From: Eledone cirrhosa | Lineage: Eukaryota | NCBI GenBank assembly: GCA_964016885.1 | Contig: OZ024740.1 | Coordinates: 216,752,001 to 216,816,000, forward strand | Reading direction: 5' to 3' | Length of the DNA: 64,000 nucleotides | In this document: one piece after another, positions 1-13,110 of the stretch | Layout: the number at the start of each line of letters is the position of its first letter | Numbering within the stretch: position 1 is the stretch's first letter | Made by a program: the position numbers and the translations under genes | Notes under the pieces: generated by a model | Told to the model about the DNA's origin: nothing | Database searches by the model: none | The model's input: only the letters and a program-made list of their open reading frames with translations

Positions 1-928
1 TCTTCCTCTATATCTCTTTTTTACTTCCATTCTCTCACTTTCTCTTTCCTTCTCTGGAAGAAATCTGCTGTATTTAGACCTATAGAGGATTGGGCTCTGC
101 CAAGTTTTAAAATGCCCCAGAAACACTGTATATGAATACAGCGCCTCTACAACTCCTTCGGGAGTTATGGGACCATGCAATCCATGCATGTCAACCACCT
201 CCATGACCTACAAACAAATGTTAGATAGAGAAGGATGCTAGAAATAATGACCAAATCTGCCTTAAGCTATATTCTATTAAAAAAAACACCTTGGCTAGTG
301 TCATTTGGATATATAAAATGATTGGATTTACACAGCTGGAACACCTTTCAACATAGGACTATTGAATTAGGGCTGACCTAGGCAAAGCAACTACAAGAAC
401 AGGCCTACTGGATCAGAATGGATTGTAGAGGAAATACAACTGACCCAAACTGTTACACTACATATTGGAGTGTGTACAGTGTGGACAGGAAATCCCACTG
501 ACTTTGATAAAATAAAGTGTCAGTTGAGGGCACTGGATGAGATAAAGTGACAGTTGAGGCCATTTAGTTGGTGGGATTGTTTAGGGCACTGGATGAGATG
601 TCATGTTGTATTTATTCTCACTCTTTGTAGTCTGACTTAAATATTTGTCATAAACTCTTTGGCTCATTGACAATTTCTCATCTAACAGAACCCCCATGAC
701 TTCCCCTTGTGTGCCTCTAACAGAGTCCATTCTATTGAGAACATCTGGGATTAGGTCTCTAGTTTAAGGTTAACTTCTTTTATTGCTATCATGCCCTGAA
801 AAGGGTTGTGGGCACTGCACTTCTCCCCTTTAGTAGACAGAAAAAATTCCCCAAATAACAGAAAAAAACCTCATTAATAATTAATTATTGCAGGTATATA
901 AAATAAGGATTATATCTGTCTTCACTAT

Positions 929-1131
929 ATACAAAGGTCAGCTGAAAAGTTCATAGGCTGACCAAGATACTCTCATGGAATAACCAAATGAGGTTTATTT
1001 TTCAAAATAATCCCTGAAAAGAAACAATGCAGTTATTAATAAGAATAGTTGAAATTAATGCATGCAATATTTCACAGCTCTAGCATCACTCCTTCATAGT
1101 CAGCCTATGACCTTCTCAGGTCACCGCCATA
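929..1131. mobile_element. Tc1/mariner-type MITE, family M1
   Basis: TIR-like ends 'tacaaaggtcagctgaaaagttcataggctgac' and 'gtcagcctatgaccttctcagg'; related copies at ~9045-9173, 19030-19219 and ~30703-30806. Confidence 0.65.
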
Positions 1132-1374
1132 CATACCATAGATCCAATGGATGAGACTTCATAATAACAGCCATATATAATTCCAATAATTTTTTTACTG
1201 CTATTTTAGATTCCAATTAAATATTTCCTCTTCTTTAATTGATCTTTTATAAACTGTCATTGTATTGATTTACAAATTGTCATAGTATTGATTTACATAG
1301 ATGTATTGATTTACATAGATGAATTTTAAATGAGGAGGATTTTATATTGGTTAATCTCTTGTTTTGTTTACTAT

Positions 1375-1845
1375 CATAGTCCTGTTAGTCTACCATATTT
1401 CTATTAGTCTACCATATTTCTATTAGTTTACCATATTTCTATTAGTCTACCATATTTCTATTAGCCTACCATATTTCTATTAGTCTACCATAGTTCTGTT
1501 AGTTTACCATATTTCTATTAGTCTATCATATTTCTATTAGTCTACCATAGTCCTGTTAGACTACCATATTTCTATTAGTCTACCATAGTTCTATTAGCCT
1601 ACCATATTTCTATTAGTCTACCATAGTCCTGTTAGACTACCATAGTTCTATTAGTCTACCATAGTTCTATTAGTCTACCATTGTTCTATTAGTCTACCAT
1701 AGTTCTATTAGTTTACCATATTTCTATTAGTCTACCATATTTCTATTAGTCTACCATAGTCCTGTTAGTCTACCATAGTTCTATTAGTCTATCATCTTTC
1801 TGTTAGTCTACCATATTGCTATTAGTCTACCATATTGCTGTTAGT
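1375..1845. repeat. 19-bp minisatellite (ctattagtctaccatattt), ~24 copies
   Basis: Direct tandem repeat read in the sequence. Confidence 0.95.
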
Positions 1846-2034
1846 ATTCACCATCTACACTTATATGAATCTATATATATATAGAGAATACCAAAACAAA
1901 CAAAATACTTGTCTTGTAGACTCTTAGAGAATATTTTGTGTTTCTTGTTTCACTTTTTAGCTTTTACCTACCCTAAATATTTTCTACTTTTTTATTATTT
2001 CGTTTTTACTTCATTTGAAGATTTCATATGTTCT

Positions 2035-2151
2035 TTCTTCTTCTTCTTCTTCTTCTTCTTCTTCTTCTTCTTCTTCTTCTTCTTCTTCTTCTTCTTCTCC
2101 TTCTCTTCCTCCTCCTCCTCCTCCTCCTCCTCCTCCTCCTCCTCCTCCTCC
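2035..2151. repeat. Compound (TTC)n-(TCC)n microsatellite
   Basis: Seen directly; explains the poly-F/S/E/G ORFs. Confidence 0.97.
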
Positions 2152-2394
2152 TTGTCTTGCTCCTCCTCCTCGGGAGGGATATAGTGAGAGAGTTCTCAAT
2201 GATCTGACTTGATCCCCAAGCAAGGCCAGCTTCAGCAGTTCTACTGATTATGGGTCTACCTCTCCATATTGGCTAAATATGTGTTGGATGAGGTGTTCTT
2301 GTAGCTGAGTGATTAGCCCTGACTATTTTCGCAGTTATAGCAAAGAAAATGGCCTTACAGGGTCCCATTACAGGTCTCTAATCATAGAACAATA

Positions 2395-3140
2395 TTAGAA
2401 CAGCTATATGTAGTGTTACAACAGAACATTTATATATAGTGTGATATTAGAGTTATCTGTTTTGCAATGTCAGGGCAGCTATATGTGATATCCTAGCAAT
2501 TGCTGTATCTTATGTGATATCAAAGTCAAAGCTCTATGTAGTGATATCAAAACTATATGTATTTTAATATCAGGGTAGCTATATGTATTGTGGTATTAGC
2601 AACTATATGTAGTGTGCTATCAGCAGATATTTGTAGTGTGATATCAAGAGCAGATATATGTTGTAGATATGTGTGAGATATCAGTAGATATATGTGTGAT
2701 ATCAGTTGATGTATGCTGTGTGATATTAGAGTAGCTATATGTTGTATGATAAGATATCTATATGTTGTGTGATAACAAGATAGCTATATGTTGTGTGATT
2801 TTAAGACAGATATATGTTGTGTGATATTGTAGATATATCTTGTGTGATATCAGTAGATATAGTTATATGTAATGATATCAAGAGTAACTATATGTAGAGT
2901 GATATTAAAGCAGCTATATATAGTGTAATATTAGATCTATTTCTATTTTAATATCAAAGCAGTTTTAGTGTGATATTATCAATTTTATGTAGTGTGAAAT
3001 ATTAAGCTATATTTAGTGTAGTATCAAAGCAGTTATCTGTAGTGTGATATCAGAAGTACCATACACTGTGATATGATGGAGGATATATTTAGTGTAATAC
3101 TAAAGTAGTTATATGTAGTGTGGTATCGAATCATATGTAG
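2395..3140. repeat. Degenerate ~26-28 bp tandem repeat (gatatcaaagcagctatatgtagtgt-like)
   Basis: Recurring 'gctatatgt..tgtgatat' motif with many substitutions. Confidence 0.75.
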
Positions 3141-3209
3141 AAGCATAAATAAGTCATAATAGAACCTTCTGTCCATTTGTCTAAATTTAGTAAAGCAAAC
3201 TATTAGTGT

Positions 3210-3240
<31 letters not shown>

Positions 3241-3574
3241 ATAGTGTGCGTGTTAGTGTCTCTTAGTGTGTGTATAAATGTAAGCATGTTTGTAGTTAAT
3301 GTGTGTCTCTTCAATGTTTGTTTCCAATGAGTTACATCTACCTCTATATTTACCTAGTTTTATTCCTGTTTTCTTTCTTGTGCTGCTTTGCCACCACCAC
3401 CGCCACCACCTTCTCCTTCAACCTGCCTGTTGTCCTCTTTGACCCCCCCCCCCTGTGTTTCATTTCACTTTCCAATCTTTTCACCTTTCTTACTCCTTCT
3501 TTCATTCCTGCTAGTATTGTCCCCATTGTCTTAGGCCCTGGGGCTAATAAAAAAAATTATTATTATTTGCCATC

Positions 3575-4240
3575 AACCAGGCCTGTCCAGGGTGCATCGA
3601 GTGTCCGAGTATTGCTGACCTGTGGGTTTATGTCAAGCACCTGTTGTCACATATAGGATGGATCTGACTATCAACTAAGTCCATTGTGAAGTTTGACCCA
3701 CCATCTTCCTTTAGAGGGGAGGAACAGGCAGTTTTTATCTTCCTGGTAGCCATGGTTAAAGAGGGTGTGTGGTGGAAGTGTTTGAAAGGGTTGAAGACAG
3801 CCACTTTCCTCTTTGGCAAAGCCCTGATTAACTTTTTCAGATTTTACTTGAAGAGGAAAATCGGGGTGAAGAGGTAAGTGCTGTCTTCCACCCAGTTTGT
3901 TGAAAGGTGGGTGAGAGTGGCGAACATGGTCCATGTGAATGAGCCTGCCTTGAGCATACACTTGTAGATTGGAGAACAACTGGGAGAGGGCATTTAGCCC
4001 TAGCAGACAGGGAGACCGTGTAGGATTTTTACTCAAGTGACCCTTGGAGTCTCCTCATCTTGGGGAATTTGTTATGTTTGTTTTTTAAATGTTTATTTTC
4101 TTAGTCTCTGTTATTAATTTTATTTACCCACCCCCACCCCCACCCCCCACACACACACACACTCTGTACGTCCTGTTCTGTCTTTAATGGTTCCTTAATG
4201 TGAGCCCTGTGTGGCTAATAAAGAAATTATTATTATTATT
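3575..4240 (+). mobile_element. 5'-truncated L1/Tx1-like LINE: ORF2 C-terminus pseudogene plus 3'UTR and (ATT)n tail
   Basis: Frame from ~3596 reads IECPSIADLWVYVKHLLSHIGWI*LSTKSIVKFDPP..VFIFLVAMVKEGVWWKCLKG..FYLKRKIGVKR*VLSSTQFVERW..IHL*, matching the post-CCHC 'C..W' and 'K..(I/V)W' pattern of L1/Tx1 ORF2; ends gccctgtgtggctAATAAAgaaattattatt. Confidence 0.65.
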
Positions 4241-4663
4241 ATATAAAATAAAGTACCAGTAATGCACTGGGTAATTGCTGGCCTTCTGCCAAAAGTAGAA
4301 ACAATTATTATTATTATTATTATTATTATATCAATTTAATTTTCATACAGAAATCTATCACTATTTAAAGTGTTAAATTTAATACTTCTGCCACGAATCA
4401 ATGAATAATAGTTTAGCTGTTTAGTGAATAATTGATCAGTATATTTAATTTCCATGAGTTCTGACCAAGTTTGTTATCATCATCATCATCATTAATAAGT
4501 GGTAGTAGCAGCAGTAGTAGTAATAGTATATTTTCAATGAGTTTGGACCAAGTTTATAATTGAATTTGGAGCTTTCATAATTAATAAACAAACAAGTCTG
4601 TGTGTGTGTGTGTGTGTGTACATATGTATGTGTGTGTGTGTGTGTTTGGCTTCCATCAGTTCT

Positions 4664-5300
4664 GACAAATGTTCACAAATAAGTACAACTCTGTAATTCT
4701 AGTTGTGAGACAACTGTTCACAAATAAGTACAACTCTGTAATTCTAGTTGTGAGACAAATGTTCACAAATAAGTACAACTCTGTAATTCTAGTTGTGAGA
4801 CAAATGTTCACAAATAAGTACAACTCTGTAATTCTAGTTGTGAGACAAATGTTCACAAATAAGTACAACTCTGCAATTCTAGTTGTGAGACAAATGTTCA
4901 CAAATAAGTACAACTCTGTAATTCTAGTTGTGAGACAAATGTTCACAAATAAGTACAACTCTGTAATTCTAGTTGTGAGACAAATGTTCACAAATAAGTA
5001 CAACTCTGTAATTCTAGTTGTGAGACAACTGTTCACAAATAAGTACAACTCTGCAATTCTAGTTGTGAGACAAATGTTCACAAATAAGTACAACTCTGCA
5101 ATTCTAGTTGTGAGACAAATGTTCACAAATAAGTACAACTCTGTAATTCTAGTTGTGAGACAAATGTTCACAAATAAGTACAACTCTGTAATTCTAGTTG
5201 TGAGACAAATGTTCACAAATAAGTACAACTCTGTAATTCTAGTTGTGAGACAAATGTTCACAAATAAGTACAACTCTGTAATTCTAGTTGTGAGACAAAT
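4664..5300. repeat. 45-bp minisatellite (gacaaatgttcacaaataagtacaactctgtaattctagttgtga), ~14 near-identical copies
   Basis: Head-to-tail tandem with no spacers. Confidence 0.97.
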
Positions 5301-5414
5301 TTTTCTACATTAAATGTTCCCTATTTACCAAATTCTCACACTTTTGTTTATTCTTTTACTGGCGCCATCCATAGTACTCCAGCAATGTTGAGGCATATTT
5401 TAGTGTTTTAATGC

Positions 5415-5459
<45 letters not shown>

Positions 5460-5492
5460 TCATCATCGTTTAACGTCCATGTTCCACGCTTG

Positions 5493-5554
<62 letters not shown>

Positions 5555-5556
<2 letters not shown>

Positions 5557-5725
5557 TCATTTTATTAAGGCTAAATAGTGAGTCTTGTTACTTTGGAATT
5601 TCACCTAGAGTCGTCATTTGGTGACCCTGTGATAAACAAGTAAAACTCCAGAGTAACTATTTAGCCTTAATAACATGAATATTAAAACTCTACTTTGGTA
5701 TTGAGTACTCTCAGCCATCAACCAC
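5555..5725. mobile_element. Degenerate palindromic hammerhead-bearing element, family B
   Basis: Inverted arms ttcattttattaaggctaaatag / ctatttagccttaataacatgaa; decayed core; tail ggtattgagtactc shared with ~17600 and ~21360. Confidence 0.5.
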
Positions 5726-5884
5726 ATATGGTTAAATATATATATATACACACACAAAATGGCTGACTGAATACGCATGCGATTTTTCTCCTCCTTTATT
5801 CCTCATTCCTTTTTGACATGATTTTACCTTTAGACAGACCATCCATGAAATAAATTCATTCAAAATTTCCCTACAAGTAGTTGA

Positions 5885-8256
5885 TAGCTTCTCTTAGTGA
5901 CCCAGATGTGTAGTTCATAGCTTCTCATAGTGACCCAGATGTGTAGTTTATAGCTTCTCTTAGTGACCCAGCTGTGTAGTTTATAGCTTCTCTTAGTGAC
6001 CCAGATGTGTAGTTTATAGCTTCTCATAGTGACCCAGCTGTGTAGTTTATAGCTTCTCTTAGTGACCCAGCTGTGTAGTTTATAGCTTCTCTTAGTCACC
6101 CAGATGTGTAGTTTATAGCTTCTCTTAGTGACCTAAATGTGTAGTTTATAGCTTCTCATAGTGACCCAGCTGTGTAGTTTATAGCTTCTCTTAGTGACCC
6201 AGCTGTGTAGTTTATAGCTTCTCTTAGTCACCCAGATGTGTAGTTTATAGCTTCTCTTAGTGACCTAAATGTGTAGTTTATAGCTTCTCATAGTGACCCA
6301 GCTGTGTAGTTTATAGCTTCTCTTAGTGACCCAGCTGTGTAGTTTATAGCTTCTCTTAGTGACCCAGCTGTGTAGTTTATAGCTTCTCTTAGTCACCCAG
6401 ATGTGTAGTTTATAGCTTCTCTTAGTGACCTAAATGTGTAGTTTATAGCTTCTCATAGTGACCCAGCTGTGTAGTTTATAGCTTCTCTTAGTGACCCAGC
6501 TGTGTAGTTTATAGCTTCTCTTAGTGACCCAGATGTGTAGTTTATAGCTTCTCTTAGTGACCTAGATGTGTAGTTTATAGCTTCTCTTAGTGACCTAGAT
6601 GTGTAGTTTATAGCTTCTCTTAGTGACCCAGATGTGTAGTTTATAGCTTCTCTTAGTGACCCAGATGTGTAGTTTATAGCTTCTCTTAGTGACCTAGATG
6701 TGTAGTTCATAGCTTCTCTTAGTGACCCAGCTGTGTAGTTTATAGCTTCTCTTAGTGACCCAGCTGTGTAGTTTATAGCTTCTCTTAGTGACCTAGATGT
6801 GTAGTTCATAGCTTCTCTTAGTGACCTAGATGTGTAGTTTATAGCTTCTCTTAGTGACCTAAATGTGTAGTTCATAGCTTCTTTTAGTGACCCAGCTGTG
6901 TAGTTCATAGCTTCTCTTAGTGACCTAGATGTGTAGTTTATAGCTTCTCTTAGTGACCTAGATGTGTAGTTCATAGCTTCTCTTAGTGACCCAGCTGTGT
7001 AGTTCATAGCTTCTCATAGTGACCCAGCTGTGTAGTTTATAGCTTCTCTTAGTGACCTAGATGTGTAGTTTATAGCTTCTCTTAGTGACCCAGATGTGTA
7101 GTTTATAGCTTCTCTTAGTGACCTAGCTGTGTAGTTTATAGCTTCTCTTAGTGACCTAGATGTGTAGTTCATAGCTTCTCTTAGTGACCTAGATGTGTAG
7201 TTTATAGCTTCTCTTAGTGACCTAAATGTGTAGTTCATAGCTTCTCATAGTGACCCAGCTGTGTAGTTTATAGCTTCTCTTAGTGACCTAGATGTGTAGT
7301 TCATAGCTTCTCTTAGTGACCTAAATGTGTAGTTTATAGCTTCTCTTAGTGACCCAGATGTGTAGTTTATAGCTTCTCTTAGTGACCCAGCTGTGTAGTT
7401 TATAGCTTCTCTTAGTGACCTAGATGTGTAGTTTATAGCTTCTCTTAGTGACCTAGATGTGTAGTTTATAGCTTCTCTTAGTGACCTAAATGTGTAGTTC
7501 ATAGCTTCTCTTAGTGACCTAAATGTGTAGTTTATAGCTTCTCTTAGTGACCCAGCTGTGTAGTTTATAGCTTCTCTTAGTGACCCAGCTGTGTAGTTTA
7601 TAGCTTCTCTTAGTGACCTAGATGTGTAGTTCATAGCTTCTCATAGTGACCCAGATGTGTAGTTCATAGCTTCTCTTAGTGACCCAGATGTGTAGTTTAT
7701 AGCTTCTCTTAGTGACCCAGCTGTGTAGTTTATAGCTTCTCTTAGTGACCCAGCTGTGTAGTTTATAGCTTCTCTTAGTGACCCAGCTGTGTAGTTTATA
7801 GCTTCTCTTAGTGACCCAAATGTGTAGTTCATAGCTTCTCTTAGTGACCTAAATGTGTAGTTCATAGCTTCTCTTAGTGACCTAAATGTGTAGTTCATAG
7901 CTTCTCTTAGTGACCTAAATGTGTAGTTCATAGCTTCTCTTAGTGACCTAAATGTGTAGTTCATAGCTTCTCTTAGTGACCCAGCTGTGTAGTTTATAGC
8001 TTCTCTTAGTGACCCAGCTGTGTAGTTCATAGCTTCTCTTAGTGACCTAAATGTGTAGTTCATAGCTTCTCTTAGTGACCTAAATGTGTAGTTCATAGCT
8101 TCTCTTAGTGACCTAAATGTGTAGTTCATAGCTTCTCTTAGTGACCTAAATGTGTAGTTCATAGCTTCTCTTAGTGACCCAGCTGTGTAGTTTATAGCTT
8201 CTCTTAGTGACCCAGCTGTGTAGTTCATAGCTTCTCTTACCTAAGTGACCCAGCTT
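5885..8256. repeat. 33-bp minisatellite (agcttctcttagtgacccagctgtgtagtttat), ~71 copies
   Basis: Direct tandem with variation concentrated at a few unit positions. Confidence 0.98.
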
Positions 8257-10327
8257 AACAGGAGGATGTTCTAAAACAAAATAGCCATAACCAAAACAGT
8301 TGTGGAGTCAATCATTTAGCTTTGCAGTATTTATTCTGGTTGTTTACATTATGAGTTCAAAACACACCTTTTATTCATTCAGGGGCTGATAAAATAAACT
8401 ACCAGTAAAATACTGGGGTTGATTTATGACTTTTTACATTCTGGGTTCAAATCCTACTGAGGTTAGCTTTGTCTTTCATTATTGTGTGGTCAATAAAATA
8501 CAGTACCATCCCCCTACAATTATTGGCATTGTGCCTAAATTAGAAACCATTATCTCTTCTGGCAACAGGGAATCTCCACCTCTATCTACCGCTCTCCCTT
8601 TCTCCTCCCTAAACTCTCTCTAAATGAAGGTCAGATTGCATGATGCAACTATTCCATAACAATATTCATACATATACACCTCTGTTTGATGTAGAACTGT
8701 GTGTCAGTGTAGAAATATAAGGTCTATCTGTGTGTATATATTATACAGTGTCTGTATCAATAGGATGTCATATTATTCAAGCAAAGAGTTGACAGTTCAT
8801 ATCCCATTACCAATAAGTGCTCTACTGTATCCATGTCCAAGGTACCACCTCCTAATTGCTTGTCACTGGATTAATGGTAACAATAATTAGTTACCATATC
8901 TATTTTCAACTAACTTATTATGTAAGGAGTAGGAACGTTGTATGGTTAATGTGGGTTACTATCACCTACAGTGATTGTTGGAGGATTTCTAGAGAAGATG
9001 ATGGACCAAAGACTCTTTTGCTTTTAGACCAGGAACCTCTACCTCAACATAGTCCCTGGAAAGAAACAATGCAATCATTAATGAGAGGAGTTGAAATTAA
9101 TGCATGCAAGATTTCATAGCTCTAGCATCACACCTTCATAGTCAGCCTATGAACTTTTCAGCCTGTTCTCGTACAATAGTTAATTCTCCATATTAACTTA
9201 CAATAGTTGGATAATATTTTGTATTTTCAAGCTAAGATATTTGGGGGGATTTTTCTTGGTCTAGAGTAGAACGCAGGGCCAATGACCTTCTCGGGTTCTT
9301 TGAGATGTGAGAGATTGTTAATGTTTTATTTGGTGTTGTGTTTTCAATCATCTTCTCAATCATCTTAAATTTTTTACTGTATCTTACCAAATATTATTCT
9401 TACCTTATTTACTTATATATAACTCACACCTTTATTTTAAATATGACATTCATGATTCAGTACATTATTTAAATTGAGGTTTTGTTGGCACAGTAAATGG
9501 GCCACATGCTGGTTATTTTATTAATTAAAAAAAAAGTTATTTGAACATTTTTTTACAGAAATATTCATACAAAACAATAAGGAAATGAAGAATAGAAGAA
9601 GCATAAAAGAAAATGGAAGAAGAAATAAAACAATAAAGGGAAGGGAAAGTGGGGAGGGAGCAACAGATTCTACACCCCCTGGTCAGAGCAGTATCTCTCA
9701 ACTGCACTCTACAGACAAAATGACAGAGAATGGCCTGTAACAGCCACACCACCTCCTGGGGCTCCTACTCATGTGACTTACAAATGAGTATTTATGATAA
9801 TTATATATTTATTGATTATTGACCAGCAAGAAATATGGACTCTGAAACAACCTTGTCAGCCTCATGGCTGTTATTCACATTTGAACCCCATTTTAGTTAC
9901 ACATACACTCTTTTTTAAAAATGGATGAACTTCAAATCTTCCATTTTCATCTAAAACTAATTTATTTCTTCACATTAATAGAACAGTATCAAAAGCTCTG
10001 ATTTTAGCAGTGTTTTCCTATATAAAATACTGTCTTATATTTGTGTATATAATACACTTTTTTGTATAAAATACTATCTTATACTTGTGTATATGATAGA
10101 CTTTTTTTCTCATGAAAATAGGACTTGACAAACCAGCATGTGACTTATCTGCTGGTCTTACAAAGCCTCAATTTAGAATATACGGTACATTGTAAATGTA
10201 TGTATAATGTAGTTGATGTGTCTTATCAATAGGATCAGCTTATACACTAGTATATGCTGTATATAAATCCTGGATTTATATACAGTATATGCTCGTGTAT
10301 AAGTTGTATTATTTCAATTAATGAAAT

Positions 10328-10558
10328 AATAACCCTTTTGATAGCGAACTATCTGAAACCATCCTTGGTTCTACAACATAAAATTGATTTGTTTTAAAAT
10401 ATTTATATTTATCTAAAGAATTGACCTTCGTTAAGTTATGCTCCAAATATCAGCTTAAAAATGAGAAAATTATATGAACTAAATCTTTCCAAATTCTTCA
10501 TTATTTTTAAAATCATAGGTTATTTCTTTCATTAGAAATATAGTTAAGGAAGGGTTAA
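10328..10558. mobile_element. Old piggyBac-like MITE
   Basis: Begins (a)taaCCCTT and ends AAGGGttaa; related fragments at ~39770-39964 and ~55836-56092. Confidence 0.5.
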
Positions 10559-11624
10559 TTATAATTATATTTTGCTAATTATTACATACTATACATTTAT
10601 TAATAGAAATGTTTATGAAATTTATGCAGAAATGGCCTCCACAATTCAGTGTAAATGGATCAGAAAGAAGAACCATGAAATTGGGGTCTTGAATATATTG
10701 GGTGGGGACAATGTGTGTGAGTGGGTGTGGATATTTCTGTGAGTGTGGGTAGGGTATTTATGTGAGAGTGGGTGGGGGATATTTATGTGAGTGGGGTTGG
10801 TGGGTATTTATGTGAGTGGCGTTGGGGATGTTTATGTGAGGGTGGGGGTATCTATGTATTTAAATTTGTTTGCATTTTGCCTCGTTTTTATTATCAATAT
10901 ATCCCCTTAATTTTTGTCTTTGTATTGAAATTATATTTAAAGATGATTTAGCTGCTTTTTTTCTTCTTTATTTGGTTTTGTAACCTGAGATAGAATCTGG
11001 TTTGGTCACACATCTTTACTGGATGTCTGTCTGTCTGTGTGTGTGTGTTTGTATGTGTGTGTATATGAATATATGTGTATGTGTAAGGTGCAATGTTATA
11101 TCATCATCATCATAGTTGTTCTGTCCACTTTCCACACACACACAAACACCTTAACTGGATGTATGTATGTGTGTGTGGTTATATATATATGTGTGCCTAT
11201 GGGTATATGTGTGTGTGTGTGTGCGTGTCTGTGTGTAAGGTGTGATGTTATATCACGATCATTATCATAGTTTATATGTCCACTCTCACCCCACACACAA
11301 GCATCTTAACTGGATATATGCCTGTGTGTGTGTGTGTATGTATGCATGTGCGTGTATCTCTGTTTGTATGTAAGGTATGATGTTATAGCATCATCATCAT
11401 AGTTAATATGCCCCCCCCCCACTAACACACACACATACAGAGGAAGTGACAGACTGTTTCGGCCATATTTCTCTCTTACTCTATTGATATCCATAATTTT
11501 ATGTTTCTAGTTGTATTCAATTGCTGTACAGTTTCAATAGTGAAACCAATGGTCAACGAAGCTGACTGTTTGTTGCAGATTTAGCTGCTGCTTGTCTGTA
11601 TGTCTGTCTCCCCATCACTCTATG

Positions 11625-11980
11625 TGTGTGTGTATGGCTATGTGTGTGTGTGTGGCTATGTGTAGCTCTGTGTGTGACTGAGGCTGTGTGTGTGTGTGTG
11701 GCTATGTGTAGCTCTGTATGTGTGTGACTGTGGCTATGTGTGTGTGTGGCTATGTGTAGCTCTGTATGTGTGTGACTGTGGCTATGTGTGTGTGTGGCTA
11801 TGTGTAGCTCTGTGTGTGTGTGTGGCTATGTGTGTGACTGTGGCTGTGTGTGTGTGTGTGTATGGCTATGTGTGTGTGTGGCTATGTGTAGCTCTGTGTG
11901 TGTGTGTGTGTGTGTGTGTATGGCTATGTGTGTGTGTGGCTATGTGTAGCTCTGTGTGTGTGTAGCTCTGTGTGTGTCTG
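11625..11980. repeat. GT-rich composite repeat (tggctatgtgtagctctgtgtgtg)
   Basis: Seen directly. Confidence 0.85.
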
Positions 11981-12618
11981 TGTGTACCATTACTTTAGTT
12001 CCATACTGTATGGATGGAGTGAGTAATGGAGAGAAAGAGATTGATGGCTGGCTGGTCAGACACAGACAGACAGACTGACAGACACAGCCAGCCAGACAGA
12101 CAGCCAGTCAGACTGACAGACAGACAGACAACAAACAAGGCAGACAGCAAATGCTTTGGCCAACTATGGCAGCAGCAGCAGCAGCAGCAGCACCATCACC
12201 ATCATCATCAGACTGACTGGCTAGTTGTGGCCATCCATGCTTATTGATCAGGCAGTGATGAAGGTGAATGAGGAGGAGGGAGAGGAGGGTGTGAACATGG
12301 ACAATCAATATAGTTAGGAAGGCCAAAGTATGTGTTTACATCTTTATGGAACTCCTGCACACACACTCACTCACACACACACAAACACATGTGCATGTAC
12401 ATGCAAAACACACATACACACACACACACACACACATATATACTTAGAGAAAAATAGTAGATGAACATTGTAGCCAGTGCTAGCTACTACTGACCAACCA
12501 AGCAACTTGTAAATAGTGGTCAAAGAATAGAGAGAGGGAGAGAGTCTAGCTGTAGTAGAGAGAGTGAGGGAGTGACAGTCTAGCTGTAATAGAGAGGAAG
12601 AGAGACAGTCTAGCTGTA

Positions 12619-12657
<39 letters not shown>

Positions 12658-12658
<1 letters not shown>

Positions 12659-12860
12659 TTTATTCTGGGTTGAATCGGAGGTAACCACAGTAAGTAAGGT
12701 ACTCAATACATTGCAGAGTATAAAAGTTTTAATATAGATGAGATTCTACAGGACTAGAACTGTCTCATTCTTTAGAAATCATCAGGAATCTGATTCCTGA
12801 TGATTTCTAAAGAATGAAACAGTTCTAGTCCTGTAGAATCTCATCTATATTAAAACTTTA
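12658..12860. mobile_element. Palindromic Penelope-pLTR/retrozyme-like element, family A, copy 1
   Basis: Near-perfect inverted arms centred on 12791; flanked by (TA)n; tail motif gtactcaatac. Confidence 0.75.
12792..12840 (+). ncRNA. Type-I hammerhead ribozyme, family A
   Basis: GATTC-CTGATGA-tTTCtaaaGAAt-GAA-ACAG-ttctagtc-CTGT-A^GAATC; all three stems pair; GUA cleavage triplet. Confidence 0.8.
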
Positions 12861-12871
12861 TATATATATAT

Positions 12872-13063
12872 ATTTAATAAAGAAAAGGCTTCTACAGGAC
12901 TAGAACTGTTTCATTCAGGAGAAATCATCAGGGCTTCCTGATGATTTCTCCCGAATGCAACAGTTCTAGTCCTGTAGAAGCCTTTTCTTTATTAAATATT
13001 TATACTCTGCTTTGTATTGAGTACCTTACTGTGGTTACCCCTGATTGAACCCGGGATAAACTT
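12872..13063. mobile_element. Palindromic element, family A, copy 2 (opposite polarity)
   Basis: Inverted arms meet at ~12932; plus-strand hammerhead at 12932-12982 (GGCTTC/GAAGCC stem I; GAAA mutated to GCAA); tail gtattgagtaccttactgtggttacccc. Confidence 0.75.
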
Positions 13064-13069
13064 ATATAT

Positions 13070-13110
<41 letters not shown>

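Noticed and set aside
2160-2380. Possible LINE fragment after the (TCC)n tract
   Set aside because: Higher GC and element-like, but no diagnostic motif could be read.
4664-8256. CRISPR-like arrays and long ORFs in the 45-bp and 33-bp repeats
   Set aside because: Units are contiguous with no unique spacers and no cas genes; ORFs arise because unit lengths are multiples of 3.
12026-12247. polyQ/polyH ORF resembling a transcription factor fragment
   Set aside because: Built from GACA, CAG and CAT simple repeats; no recognisable domain.
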